NCBI GenBank assembly: GCA_046483985.1
Contig: JAWOCD010000075.1
Location: 45,429-109,428, forward strand
From: Promethearchaeia archaeon
Lineage (GTDB): Archaea; Asgardarchaeota; Lokiarchaeia; Sigyniarchaeales; SOKP01
Direction of reading: 5' to 3'
DNA length: 64,000 nucleotides
Shown here: positions 10,188 through 20,783 of the stretch, one piece after another
Layout of the letters: every line of letters begins with the position of its first letter
Numbering within the stretch: position 1 is the first letter of the stretch
Notes under the pieces: generated by a model
What the model saw: the letters and a program-made list of their open reading frames with translations, nothing else
Database searches by the model: none
Told to the model about the DNA's origin: nothing
Translations under genes and position numbers: made by a program

Positions 10188-11042
10188 ATGTTTGATAAAT
10201 TAAAAGCGGGCTTACTAAATGTAGGCATGAAATTCATTTCTGTCGATGAAAAGATTGTTCGAATGTTCTTTGAAACGAAACCATCCAGATTTAAAAAAAT
10301 CGTTATAATGCCAGCAGTAAAATTTGTGATGAAGAAATTAATTGATGAGCTTGATTCTAAACGAAAACATGGAAGAGTCTTTAATGGGGTTCTCAACAAT
10401 ACACATGTTAGTATTGTCAGATCTCTGGTCGGAGCTCCTAATGCCGCTATTGCGATAGAATGTTTGAAAAGATGTAATGTAGATACCATCATCCGTATTG
10501 ATTTTTGTGGAGGGCTTGATAAGATCAATATTGGGGATATATTAATTCCAGAGAGAGCATATTGTGGGGATGGGACTTCACCCAATTATCTCATGAAGTA
10601 TCCAACCATACGTCATCAATTAAATTGGACTGAAAATCCCTTCTACGAGGGAGATACGTCTAGACTAATAAGTGAGAGAACGTATCAAGTACTTCCGAAT
10701 AAAAAGTTAATGAAACTATTTTTGACCCAATTTAGCCAATTAAAAAAAGTGAATTTATGGAGCACCGATGCTCTTTTTTGCGAAACTAATGAGTTCATTA
10801 ACACGATAAAAAAACTTAATATTAATGCAGTGGATATGGAAACTTCCATCCTTTATTTACTGGGAAAAATCTACAATATTAAAACAGTTTCTGTTCTATC
10901 TGTCTCCGACCTTCCCGGTCATGAAAAATATGATTTCTTGAAACAAAATAATATGCATCCGGATATGGAAAGGGGAATTAAAAATGCGATCAAGCTGCTA
11001 ATTAAATTATTACCTAAGATCAGTAGGATTTCACGGGCTTAA
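10188..11042 (+). CDS. Purine/uridine nucleoside phosphorylase family protein
   Basis: GAPNAAIAIE, IRIDFCGG, DGTS, STDALF, AVDMET, VSD. Confidence 0.85.
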   Translation: MFDKLKAGLLNVGMKFISVDEKIVRMFFETKPSRFKKIVIMPAVKFVMKKLIDELDSKRKHGRVFNGVLNNTHVSIVRSLVGAPNAAIAIECLKRCNVDTIIRIDFCGGLDKINIGDILIPERAYCGDGTSPNYLMKYPTIRHQLNWTENPFYEGDTSRLISERTYQVLPNKKLMKLFLTQFSQLKKVNLWSTDALFCETNEFINTIKKLNINAVDMETSILYLLGKIYNIKTVSVLSVSDLPGHEKYDFLKQNNMHPDMERGIKNAIKLLIKLLPKISRISRA

Positions 11043-11061
11043 AATTAAATTAGAACCCCTA

Positions 11062-12018
11062 CTATAATCCCATTAAGAAGTTCGAGAAGTCGGGCTCTTG
11101 GAAAATTTCATTATAGGTCTTAAGCAATTCCAGATTAACGAGATAAATCTTATTGTTGGATTCATTTTCTGCTGATTTTATCAGATCCAACTTTTTTAAT
11201 TTTTTTATATGATATTGCACAGTTCCAGGATATACATCGAGATTCTTCGCAATTGTAGAGATTGCAGTTGTTTCATCCTTGATAAATGATTTAATTATTT
11301 TATAATTCATCTCATCCAAGAAGATCGCTTTAAATTCATCCATTTCCTCTGGAACATCCGCGAGAAAGTAATGCAGTTTACGTCCGATCTTTTTTGACCG
11401 GATTAATTCAAACCTCTCCAAGGTCATAATATGTTTTAAAAAAGGGGTCCGGGTAATATCTAATTCTTTTTCAATCTTTTCATCACGTGCATGAATTCCT
11501 GGATGTTTTTTAATAAAATCAAGAATTTCAGATAACTTTTCATTATTTAATATTTCTAATTTCGTCCTTCTCTCATTACTCACTATATAATTCTTCTCTT
11601 CTAAATCTCTGATTGTTAAAAATATCTTCCGTTTACTATATCCCTTATTATATGCGAGTTTCCCTATGCTTTTGGCATATAACTTCTCAATAATGGGGAA
11701 GTGCTGTAATTCTGCCGCAGAATTTAGATCAAGATCAAAACTGGAATCATAACGATTTAATTTTAAAATATCTTCTGCAATATCTAATATTTCTTTTTCA
11801 ATTTCAGTTAAGTTTCCTTTAATTCGTTCTGCATCAATTGCTGATGGTTCTTCTTCACTCGCTTTATAAATATCTTCTTCTCCGACTTCGACAGATTTTT
11901 CGATCGCTTCAGACCCTAAAGGTTCAAGGTCACTTTTTCTAAACTGACTTTCATTCAGAGGCTCTTTTTCCTTTTTTTCTTCCGATTCTTCGGATGGCTT
12001 TTCTTTCTCAAGCGACAT
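11062..12018 (-). CDS. Multi winged-helix transcriptional regulator (ArsR/MarR-like)
   Basis: IKKHPGIH...HIMTLERFELIRS and IAKNLDVYPGTVQYHIKKLKKLDLI wHTH motifs. Confidence 0.8.
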   Translation of the reverse strand: MSLEKEKPSEESEEKKEKEPLNESQFRKSDLEPLGSEAIEKSVEVGEEDIYKASEEEPSAIDAERIKGNLTEIEKEILDIAEDILKLNRYDSSFDLDLNSAAELQHFPIIEKLYAKSIGKLAYNKGYSKRKIFLTIRDLEEKNYIVSNERRTKLEILNNEKLSEILDFIKKHPGIHARDEKIEKELDITRTPFLKHIMTLERFELIRSKKIGRKLHYFLADVPEEMDEFKAIFLDEMNYKIIKSFIKDETTAISTIAKNLDVYPGTVQYHIKKLKKLDLIKSAENESNNKIYLVNLELLKTYNEIFQEPDFSNFLMGL

Positions 12019-12048
12019 AAATAAATCTCTCCTGATTTTGGCACTTAT

Positions 12049-13590
12049 TTAAATAGCATGTTTTTCCAGAAATTGAACGTATTCTATTTGCTCTTCTGGA
12101 TTCATCGTTTTTAGTTTATTCACAATTTTTTGGTAATGCTTCTCTTTGAGATTAGGAAGGTTTCTAATTTTCATTACCAATTTCTCCGGAATATCTTCTT
12201 TATACAAGTTAACTATTTCTTTCATATATCTTACTTGCTTTTCTTTAGAAAGGAAAGCAAGCTCTTTGAGAAGATCCCTTTTTTCCTCTCTGGGAATATC
12301 TAATTCATAGATTTGCTCTCTAATATCCCTTGATAAAATTGTAAAGATTTTTGAAAAGTATTTTTTGACTACCTTTTTATCTTCTTTATCTTTTACGGGT
12401 AAAAGCGAGTCATGCAGTCTTAATTCTAGTTCCTTTTCTTTTTCTTTTCTTGCTTTTTTAAGATCCTTCTCTTCTGATTTCAATTCAGAAACTCGCCTTT
12501 GGACCTTGGCACTCTGAATTTTTTTCTTCCGATCTTTATATATTTTTTTCTCTCTCTTATTTTCTTTTCTTTGACCTGGAGTTGGCTTTTGTTTTTTTTG
12601 CTTTCCTTTTTTCTTTTTCTCTCCTTTTTGTACCCTATTCAAATAACTTTGTGATGGTTCTCCGAAGATTAGGAAAAAGATGAGAATTGACTTTAACATT
12701 ATGAATATCCCAGCTGCAAAGAATAAAACGCCCAATATTCCTATAATGAGAAGACCGATTGAATCAAATATATCATAATTCCATTTTTCCTTTAATTCCT
12801 TTCTATAATAAATATAATCTATTGTTAAAGCAACTGATGATAGCGCTAAGAATGTAATCAACGGGGCGAGAGGAAAATCCAGTGCTAATCCGGAAAAAAG
12901 AGCAGAAAATCTTAACAGAATTATAATTACTCCCCCCATAGCAGAAAAGTTATTAAAAGAATCTTTCATATATAATCCGAAGTCAAATAGTTTCCTTTGT
13001 GGGTCCTCTGGATAAAACAACGCATAGAGAAAGACAAATATTCCTTTTATTAAAATTAAAGATCCGCTCCCAAGGATTATTGACCCCAAAATCCCCCAAC
13101 AAAAAGCGTCAAGGACGACTTTTTCGAAGTTATTTGCTTTTATCTGCGGGGAAATATACTTTATATCATAAAGGGAGATTAATATTCCGCTCGTACCCAA
13201 AAAAATTCTTTCAGGGAGGGTTGAGATCCATAAATTAAACTCTATGATATCTGTTATTCCGATTAGGATTAAAATAGAAACTATGAATAAGGGAAAGAAC
13301 GAGATTTTATTTAATATCTGAATTAACTTAATAAAGCCCTTTTTTTGATCCTCTGATAAGGGTTTAATCTCTCTTTCATGTTGATACTTCGGTTGTTTTT
13401 CTTCTTCCTTCTTGTTAAAATTCCTCTCTTTCAGTTTTATTCCTTCCAGCTCGAACGGCGTGCCACATTTTTCGCAATATACTTGAACCTTCTTTTCCAA
13501 CAATTCAGATAACTCGGTGGAAAGGATATGCCCACATTCCTTACAAACGTATTTTTTTTTAGAGTTTCGTTTTTTCGACAACTTGCTCAC
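12049..13590 (-). CDS. Zinc-ribbon-containing multi-pass membrane protein
   Basis: N-terminal CKECG and CEKCG, several hydrophobic helices, basic linker, helical C-terminal domain. Confidence 0.75.
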   Translation of the reverse strand: MSKLSKKRNSKKKYVCKECGHILSTELSELLEKKVQVYCEKCGTPFELEGIKLKERNFNKKEEEKQPKYQHEREIKPLSEDQKKGFIKLIQILNKISFFPLFIVSILILIGITDIIEFNLWISTLPERIFLGTSGILISLYDIKYISPQIKANNFEKVVLDAFCWGILGSIILGSGSLILIKGIFVFLYALFYPEDPQRKLFDFGLYMKDSFNNFSAMGGVIIILLRFSALFSGLALDFPLAPLITFLALSSVALTIDYIYYRKELKEKWNYDIFDSIGLLIIGILGVLFFAAGIFIMLKSILIFFLIFGEPSQSYLNRVQKGEKKKKGKQKKQKPTPGQRKENKREKKIYKDRKKKIQSAKVQRRVSELKSEEKDLKKARKEKEKELELRLHDSLLPVKDKEDKKVVKKYFSKIFTILSRDIREQIYELDIPREEKRDLLKELAFLSKEKQVRYMKEIVNLYKEDIPEKLVMKIRNLPNLKEKHYQKIVNKLKTMNPEEQIEYVQFLEKHAI

Positions 13591-13756
13591 TTCCTTTCCT
13601 ACTAATAAGATTATTTTCGCTTTTTATTTTTTTTCTTATGAACTTTATATCGCTAAATAGATGGTTTTCTAACGAATATTGTTTTCTTATCTTAATAACC
13701 TCTTTCTTATAAGGAACATATAATTTTTTAATTATAAAATAAACGGAGACCAATCT

Positions 13757-14899
13757 TTAAGATTCATCATTTATCTTTTCTTGAGTATTTACTCCTTCTG
13801 ACAGATTCCTCTGCTCATGGTAATCAGATTTTTCCATCTGTTCTTCGAATTTTTTCATCTCTCTCCGATAACCCCAGAACATTAATAATCCAAATACAGA
13901 GAAATAAAAGATTACCACTCCCAACATAAAGAGATAGTATTTTTCGGTGTAAGAAAGCATATAAAGGGCGATCCCGATAATAAATCCCGTGAACAACCGT
14001 GATCTTGTATTTGCTTTTCGGATTAAGAGTCTCTGTAGTCCCCAATCCACTAATCCTGGAATAGGTAGAATTATACAAATCAAGAGAGCAATTTCCGCCG
14101 TAATTTCTATACCCAATGTCGAATTGAGGAGATCTGAAAAAAAAGTGGTAAATATAGCACCTAAGATAAAACCAGAACAACGTGTACATAAATATATATA
14201 GGTTCTACCGAACTTCAAGTAAAAGGTATGGTCAGATTGAGAGGGAGGATGATGTGTGAGCAATATAGTATATATGTGTCTTTCTTTATTTGCTAATATT
14301 TTGTCATATAATACTAACAAAAAAGGGACAATAAAAATAACGGAGAGTAAGGACTGTAATAAGAAATTAAATCCTACTTCGATGATAACATTATTGATAT
14401 GAGTTTGAGATGTGGTTGATAGATTACCACTAATTATTAATACTCCTATGGTAATAAACGATGAAATTAACAAGGTTAGAAAACTGTAATACACTTTTTT
14501 TCCTTCATGAAATCTTAAAGGTTTGTACCTATAGATGGCGCAAGTTAACCCAAAAATAGGTATTGCCAAGAGCCATTCTATATAAAGAATATCGTAAAAG
14601 GCTAATTGGTATAATAATTCACCAAGAAGCCCCCCAAAAAATGCATGAACTGGCCCCGCCAAAACAGCAAGAAATACAAATATTAAAAGGGTAAAATTAA
14701 ATGAAGGTGAGATTGATTCGCTATCGATAAAGCAAGTTGATACTGATCCAAATAAAGATGAGGTATAATAATAAACCAACACAATGAAACTCGCAATTAA
14801 GATATTGAGGAATATCCTTCGAACTAATGATTGACTCCTATTTCCATTATCATGATCCGAAATTTCTTTTTCTTTTTGAGTTTGGTCCATAAAATACAC
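13757..14899 (-). CDS. ECF S-component-like domain fused to DUF2085-like membrane domain
   Basis: LAGPVHAFFGGLLGELL S-component-like segment; HH...TF...LCTRCSG and DWGLQ...SRLFTG DUF2085-like motifs. Confidence 0.7.
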   Translation of the reverse strand: MYFMDQTQKEKEISDHDNGNRSQSLVRRIFLNILIASFIVLVYYYTSSLFGSVSTCFIDSESISPSFNFTLLIFVFLAVLAGPVHAFFGGLLGELLYQLAFYDILYIEWLLAIPIFGLTCAIYRYKPLRFHEGKKVYYSFLTLLISSFITIGVLIISGNLSTTSQTHINNVIIEVGFNFLLQSLLSVIFIVPFLLVLYDKILANKERHIYTILLTHHPPSQSDHTFYLKFGRTYIYLCTRCSGFILGAIFTTFFSDLLNSTLGIEITAEIALLICIILPIPGLVDWGLQRLLIRKANTRSRLFTGFIIGIALYMLSYTEKYYLFMLGVVIFYFSVFGLLMFWGYRREMKKFEEQMEKSDYHEQRNLSEGVNTQEKINDES

Positions 14900-14996
14900 T
14901 AATATTATATTAAAAAAGTTAAATAAAATAGAAGTTGAAAAATTTTAAATGTTTTTTTAAATGAAATCATTTAAGAATAAATTAAAATAAAGAAAA

Positions 14997-15662
14997 TTAA
15001 TTATATATCCTTTCTAGATTACCCAATAGTTCTTTTTTCGATTCTATAAAGCCCTTGCGCAAAACCTTTATAATTATGTTTTTTCCAGTTGGAACTTTTA
15101 AAATAGAGGGATCTTCTTCTACTATTTTTATTCCTGCATCATTATAGCGCAATTGAGTGTTTAAAGCGTCGAGAGCTTCTTGTTTTGATTGATATACTGA
15201 CTTTGTTAGGTCATCATAATCATCAACTTCGCTTTTTACCTTTAAAAACTTTACGACTTCCTCAACTTGAGTAATAAAGCAATCTTTTGTGATCCTTTTT
15301 AATTCATTAAAATCTTTATGGTTTTTTTTGCATTGCCGATAAGTTTGATCTCCTTTTAGATATTTGGGAAAATACTCTTCTATTACCTTTTCCTTTTCAT
15401 CCTCACTGATGCCGTTTTTCACGATTTTTCTTCCGCAATCTAAAGTAGCTTCAATTTGTTGCAATGTTCCTTCCTTAGCATCATTCTTACTCCAATAATC
15501 ATAAAAAGATTTGACCACTGGTTTCACGAGGAAATTAAATAATCCTGCATCCAATTCCGCATCAATTAAAGATTTACCGAACTTTAAGGAATGTTCCATC
15601 TGTTCAATCATTTTTTCTTGAATGATCTCATAATTTCTTTCTATATGACTCATCTTCATCAC
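14997..15662 (-). CDS. Hypothetical alpha-helical protein
   Basis: 221-aa ORF with normal composition; no recognised motif. Confidence 0.75.
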   Translation of the reverse strand: MMKMSHIERNYEIIQEKMIEQMEHSLKFGKSLIDAELDAGLFNFLVKPVVKSFYDYWSKNDAKEGTLQQIEATLDCGRKIVKNGISEDEKEKVIEEYFPKYLKGDQTYRQCKKNHKDFNELKRITKDCFITQVEEVVKFLKVKSEVDDYDDLTKSVYQSKQEALDALNTQLRYNDAGIKIVEEDPSILKVPTGKNIIIKVLRKGFIESKKELLGNLERIYN

Positions 15663-15817
15663 TCTTCAAAAAGCTATAATTTCTCATTTTAAAAAAATAT
15701 AAAAATTCTATTATCCAATTAATTATAGTGAGAAAATATGAAATTTAAATTCATCCATAAAAGTAATATGTTTATTTTTATTACTTTGAGGTAGGATATA
15801 AAACAAGGGGCTATTTC

Positions 15818-18800
15818 ATGAGATTCATGTTTAAAATATTGGTGTTGGGGGAGTCAGATCTCACTTTTCCCTATATAGTGAATGCACTGGGAGGAAAAGG
15901 AGAAGATATGGGGACATATTATGAATGGTTTAAAGAATTCAAAGTCTTTGACAATGTTTGCGATCTTGAGATAGATGTAATTACTGACATTATCTCTACT
16001 AATTTTGATGAGATAATCCCAATGGTTGACGGAATAGTGTATATTCTAAATCCAATGAAAAAGGAAGAATTTGAATTCTTTGAAATGTTGGTGGATATTA
16101 TCGAATCTGTCAAGCGAGATATCCCAATGATTATTTTATTTTATGATAGAAATGGTATCCTCCCAATTTCTACTAATAAATTATTGGAAACCGTATGGCA
16201 AGTATATTCCGACTATGAAGCTTTTGTTAATTTATTTCCCGATGAATTTCACCAAATAATTCAATGCTTATCCCTTTCAATGATTAGTGGTGACCCTCCT
16301 TTGAATGTAGAAACTGCTTGGTTAAGGCTACCAATAATTATTCGGATGGCTAATTTTTATTATGAACAAGGTAATAATGTCAAGGCAGCCCATGCACTTA
16401 AAAAGGTTGCAACTATTGCCGATATATATAATAAAAATGAATACTATGTGTACTGTGAACAAACTGCATATCTATTCTCAAGGGCAAATCTTTATTTAGA
16501 GGCCTCAGAAATAATAAAAGATGTTAGCCAAGTGAAAGCAAATAATTTCAAACGATTATATGTAGAAAATCTCATTAGGGAAGGGAATAAACTATTTAAT
16601 AAAAAATCCTTTGAAATGGCCGCTAGACAGTACGAAACCGCAGGACAATGGACTTCCATTGAGCTTAAAGATAAGATGCTTATCCAAGAATCCTTTCGAT
16701 TAGCAATAAATTCTTGGATTTCTGCATGCAAAAATCAGGAGGCCTTTCGAGTCCTTGAGCGGTTAGATCATGAAGAAACTATCTCTGTTTTAACTGATAT
16801 TTCAGATAAAATTATCGATGCAGCAGATTTTTTGATTTCAGCAAATCAACTGGAAAAAGCAAAGGAAGAACTTTATCTGGCAATCAATACTTATCAAAAA
16901 GAGGATTTATTTGATCAAACTGAGAAATTTACTGCAAAATTAGCTCAAGTTTTAATAAAAATATTAGAAGAGCAAACAAAAGCTAAACAGATCTATGAAG
17001 CAAAGCAAACCTTTGATGAGCTTGAAAATATATGGCAGTCTTATGATGTAAATAAAACAAATCTTGACCATATTTTAGAACCATTGATTAGAGAGTTTAT
17101 TGAGCGATTAAATTTCAGTATGACATCAATTCTGATTAATAAGCTGGATTCCCTAGAATTAAAGAAGGAATTGACGGAATATAGTTCGGAGATTGAAGAA
17201 AGAAATAAAGAAAAGCAAAAATTAGAAAAAGAGGAGAATCTACAAAGAGGTATCGAAATAATAAAAGAGTTTTTAACTGCAGAGTATGAAGTTATCCGGA
17301 AGTTAAATACTGGAGTGTTGGAAAAAGCAAAAAATAAAGCTGAATTGGAGGATTTTTTGGATGCAGCAGAACTGATTAAGGCTCAAGTGAACTACTTAGT
17401 TGATATTGGAATGAAAGAAGTCGCAGATCAAATGCTTACTAATTCCTTAGATTATTTAGTAAAAGGCAAACATTTTGAGAAGTTTTTTGAATTTTATTCT
17501 GAACTCCAAAAATCTATGAAGAAGATATATCTAAAGAGGATTTTCCCTCTGTTAAAAGAAAAATTGGAAGAGCTAGCAAATTTTGAAGAGTTAAAGAAAT
17601 CAAAAGATTTTAAAGAAAAGTCCAGAATTTTTAAAACAATAAATCAGAGATATCGGAATGTAATGCTTTATGAGAAATCGAGGGAAATAAGTTATTTATT
17701 TATTGAATTAATTAAGAATCAAGCTTTATTGATTGTCCAGAATAATGAAACAAAACCCGCTATTAATACTTCTCTGAAACTGATTAAGAAAGTCAAAAAT
17801 ATTTCAAACGCTTACCTCAATAATGAAAAAATTACTTTTGATAGGATTTATAAGAAAATTGCAGAAATTTATATCTCTCTTGATGATCTTTCCTCTGCAC
17901 ATGTTTATAATGATAAAATAGAGAATAAGGAATATAAATCGGAGATTCATAAAAAGATAGCGAAAATGGAAGCCAGTCGGAGCGCTATTAAATCCAAAAA
18001 AGCTGAAGAATCATTGAGAGGAGAAATATTAAAGGAACAAATCTCTCTCATCAAGAAAAAAGCTAGAGATGCACGAGCAGATAAAAAGAACGATTTAAAG
18101 CAGCGAGGGGGGTTAAAAAGAGCTTTTTTTAAAGACCCCTTAGAACTCCTTAAGAAGCAAAACTATCAAGAGGCATATAAAGCATATAAAAGAGCCGCAC
18201 TCCGCTTAAATCGGATTAAAAAATACAACCTTGCTGGCACCTCCTTTATGGTCGCCTCTTTGATATTAATGAAACAACGAAAATTTGATAAGTTAATAAA
18301 ATCCTTTAAATCTTTAGAGGATGAAATCTCTGAATCCTCTAAAATCTTTTTTGAAACCTTCCCTATGGTTCTTATTGACTATATCATTTCCTTAAAAAAA
18401 ATCGGTGATGAGGCCAAATTAAATGCTGCTTTATCCTATATCGAATATCTTCCTCTATTTGAGGAAGAGCTTGGGCTTTTATATGACATTTTGGGAAAGG
18501 AACGGAGAACGGAGTTAAAAGCTGGAGACGATTCCACTGAGGTAGCAGATGCTCAAAAATTAAAAGCAAAGATTAAAATTATCAGTAAAAAAATAGAAAA
18601 TACTAAACAAGACGAATCTAAAAGGAAACTTATGAAAAGTAAATACTGGATTAAACCTTTGGACTCCTTAGAGAATGAAGAATATCTCAATGCTTCGATG
18701 AACTATCTGGATGTCGTACCTCCCTTGATGAAAAAAGACTTTCAAAAACATGCTGCTATAGCAATTATTTTAGGCTCTTTTACGTTATTAAAGGCAAAAA

Positions 18801-19561
18801 ATATACACTTTGCATATTCAACTTTTCAAGAACAACGGGAACAATTTGATAAGGAATTGAAAAATTTACCTGAAATTTCCCTGGCGGGATATATTTTTAA
18901 TGCATTTGAGCATAATATGGACCAAATTATCTCTTTTGGGATGGGAAAGTTAACAGAGGAATTGATTCTTTTCAACCCTGAAATTGATTTTTTAAGAAAG
19001 ATTGCTGATATCGATATTCAAAAGGCAAGTGAAGAGGATTCTTCTAAAAAACTTTCTCGAAAAGAAAGAGCTGATTTGAAAAAGTTGAGGGTAGAATTAG
19101 ACCAAACTTATGGGCTCCTCAAGCAAAGAAAACGAGACGTTAAAACCGAATTTACCCAATTTTTTAGGAAACGAAAAGCGATGCGGCGTCGGTTTTATGA
19201 TGATATCTTATCTTCACTTAAGCAAGAAGATTATACCGAGGCTGCAGCTCAGTACAGTGAATTAGCACACCGATTTGCAAAGAGAAAAGATACTCTCTTA
19301 GTTTCCATTTCAATTATGCTTTATGCATTTTGTCTCTTACAAACCGATTTTAACTATGAAGAAATTGGTCAAAAGGTTGATAGTTATATAAAGACATTGG
19401 ACATTAGAGAAGGTTTGATAAACGATACTTTCGTTATTAAATTACTAACCTTCATTCTAAATTTAAGAGCATATGGGATCACGGATTATAACTCTAGGAT
19501 TAGGACGATGTTGGAAGATTTACCCCTCTTTGAAGAGGAAAAACATCTTCTTAAAATATAG
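15818..19561 (+). CDS. Large protein: degenerate small-GTPase-like N-domain plus TPR/SNAP-like helical repeats
   Basis: FKILVLG...DGIVYILN...IPMIILF GTPase-like strand pattern without GKT; AA..Y..AG repeats; three C-terminal repeats. Confidence 0.7.
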   Translation: MRFMFKILVLGESDLTFPYIVNALGGKGEDMGTYYEWFKEFKVFDNVCDLEIDVITDIISTNFDEIIPMVDGIVYILNPMKKEEFEFFEMLVDIIESVKRDIPMIILFYDRNGILPISTNKLLETVWQVYSDYEAFVNLFPDEFHQIIQCLSLSMISGDPPLNVETAWLRLPIIIRMANFYYEQGNNVKAAHALKKVATIADIYNKNEYYVYCEQTAYLFSRANLYLEASEIIKDVSQVKANNFKRLYVENLIREGNKLFNKKSFEMAARQYETAGQWTSIELKDKMLIQESFRLAINSWISACKNQEAFRVLERLDHEETISVLTDISDKIIDAADFLISANQLEKAKEELYLAINTYQKEDLFDQTEKFTAKLAQVLIKILEEQTKAKQIYEAKQTFDELENIWQSYDVNKTNLDHILEPLIREFIERLNFSMTSILINKLDSLELKKELTEYSSEIEERNKEKQKLEKEENLQRGIEIIKEFLTAEYEVIRKLNTGVLEKAKNKAELEDFLDAAELIKAQVNYLVDIGMKEVADQMLTNSLDYLVKGKHFEKFFEFYSELQKSMKKIYLKRIFPLLKEKLEELANFEELKKSKDFKEKSRIFKTINQRYRNVMLYEKSREISYLFIELIKNQALLIVQNNETKPAINTSLKLIKKVKNISNAYLNNEKITFDRIYKKIAEIYISLDDLSSAHVYNDKIENKEYKSEIHKKIAKMEASRSAIKSKKAEESLRGEILKEQISLIKKKARDARADKKNDLKQRGGLKRAFFKDPLELLKKQNYQEAYKAYKRAALRLNRIKKYNLAGTSFMVASLILMKQRKFDKLIKSFKSLEDEISESSKIFFETFPMVLIDYIISLKKIGDEAKLNAALSYIEYLPLFEEELGLLYDILGKERRTELKAGDDSTEVADAQKLKAKIKIISKKIENTKQDESKRKLMKSKYWIKPLDSLENEEYLNASMNYLDVVPPLMKKDFQKHAAIAIILGSFTLLKAKNIHFAYSTFQEQREQFDKELKNLPEISLAGYIFNAFEHNMDQIISFGMGKLTEELILFNPEIDFLRKIADIDIQKASEEDSSKKLSRKERADLKKLRVELDQTYGLLKQRKRDVKTEFTQFFRKRKAMRRRFYDDILSSLKQEDYTEAAAQYSELAHRFAKRKDTLLVSISIMLYAFCLLQTDFNYEEIGQKVDSYIKTLDIREGLINDTFVIKLLTFILNLRAYGITDYNSRIRTMLEDLPLFEEEKHLLKI

Positions 19562-19583
19562 TCATCTCTTATTAATGATCTCT

Positions 19584-20504
19584 TTATTGTGCAGGTATTT
19601 TTGCATATTTTTTTAAATCTTTTGCCCTTTGTCGAAGGGTCACCTCAGTTACTTTAGCTAATTTGGCGATCTCCTTTTGAGTGCGAGACTCATTACATAT
19701 TTTTGCCCCCATATAAATTGCAGCAGCAGCAATCCCTTTTGGATCCTTTCCGCCAGTGTTGAATCCGTTTGCTTTCGCATTTTTAATAAGTTTTACTGCA
19801 ATATTTCTGCATTTCATAGATAAGCCAAGCTCACTGTTAAACTTATCTACATACCTGTCTGCGGAAAAATGTTGTACTTTAAGATTTAAATGCGGCAGAA
19901 CCTTGATTAGAATGAGCCTATAATTTTTAATTACTTTTTTTTTTGGCAGTTGAGCTGCTTTTGTAATCTCTTCGATAGTGCGGGGAATACCATGGACTCG
20001 TAAAGAACAAAAGATTGAAGCAGTCAAGAGAGTGTCAATACTTCGTCCCATTGTTAGTTTTTTTTTTACAGTTTGGGTATAAATCCTTAAGGCATCCTCT
20101 GCAACTTGATCTGGAATTCTTAACTTTTTCTGTAATCTCTGGAGGTTTGGGAGCGCAATCCAGAGGTTTCGTTCATAGCTCGTTGTTAAAGATCGATGGA
20201 TCTTTGCTAATCGATTAAACTTGGATTTATATTTTGGGCTTAATGAGCCGCCCCGTGCATCTCTGTTCCCCCGGATTACTGTTCTTGGCCCAATAGGGCT
20301 GTACACTCTTTCATTTCTCTTTCTTTTTTTGATCTCCTCGTAGGTAAAGGCCCGTCGGGGTCTGTCATCTAATACTTGGCTATATACAAAACCACAATTA
20401 AGACAAACAAAAAAACCATCTTCTTGGGATACTTTTGGTGAATCGCAACAAGGTTCCTCTTCAAATTCCTCAAAAAAATCCCGCTCCTTGAAGTCAAACG
20501 ACAT
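19584..20504 (-). CDS. tfb: Transcription initiation factor IIB
   Basis: Zn ribbon CC...CLNCG, ERNL, GRS, GKDPKGIAAAAIY, TQKEIA...VTEVTLR. Confidence 0.95.
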   Translation of the reverse strand: MSFDFKERDFFEEFEEEPCCDSPKVSQEDGFFVCLNCGFVYSQVLDDRPRRAFTYEEIKKRKRNERVYSPIGPRTVIRGNRDARGGSLSPKYKSKFNRLAKIHRSLTTSYERNLWIALPNLQRLQKKLRIPDQVAEDALRIYTQTVKKKLTMGRSIDTLLTASIFCSLRVHGIPRTIEEITKAAQLPKKKVIKNYRLILIKVLPHLNLKVQHFSADRYVDKFNSELGLSMKCRNIAVKLIKNAKANGFNTGGKDPKGIAAAAIYMGAKICNESRTQKEIAKLAKVTEVTLRQRAKDLKKYAKIPAQ

Positions 20505-20714
20505 AATTTGCCCTTCTTTTTTATGAAATTATTATTAATTGGAATTTATTGTATTATATAATGTTCTAAATATTTAAATATGATTTTTTCTTAATGACCT
20601 TTTTCCTCATTAGATCAAGTTTTTATTGGAAATTGAAATTATAATAATAAATAACAAATTCTTTTGAGAAATAACACAGGTCTCTTAAAACTTGTTAATA
20701 TAAAATATAAACGT

Positions 20715-20731
20715 AAAAAAAAAAAAAAAAA
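20715..20731. repeat. Poly-A17 homopolymer in divergent tfb/GTPase intergenic region
   Basis: 17 consecutive A. Confidence 0.9.
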
Positions 20732-20783
20732 TAAGCATAGAAATAAAATTACTAGTAGAATGCAATAAAAATGGAATAGAAAG

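Noticed and set aside
13559-13753. 64-aa minus-strand ORF
   Set aside because: AT-rich intergenic composition, overlaps the next start, no motif.
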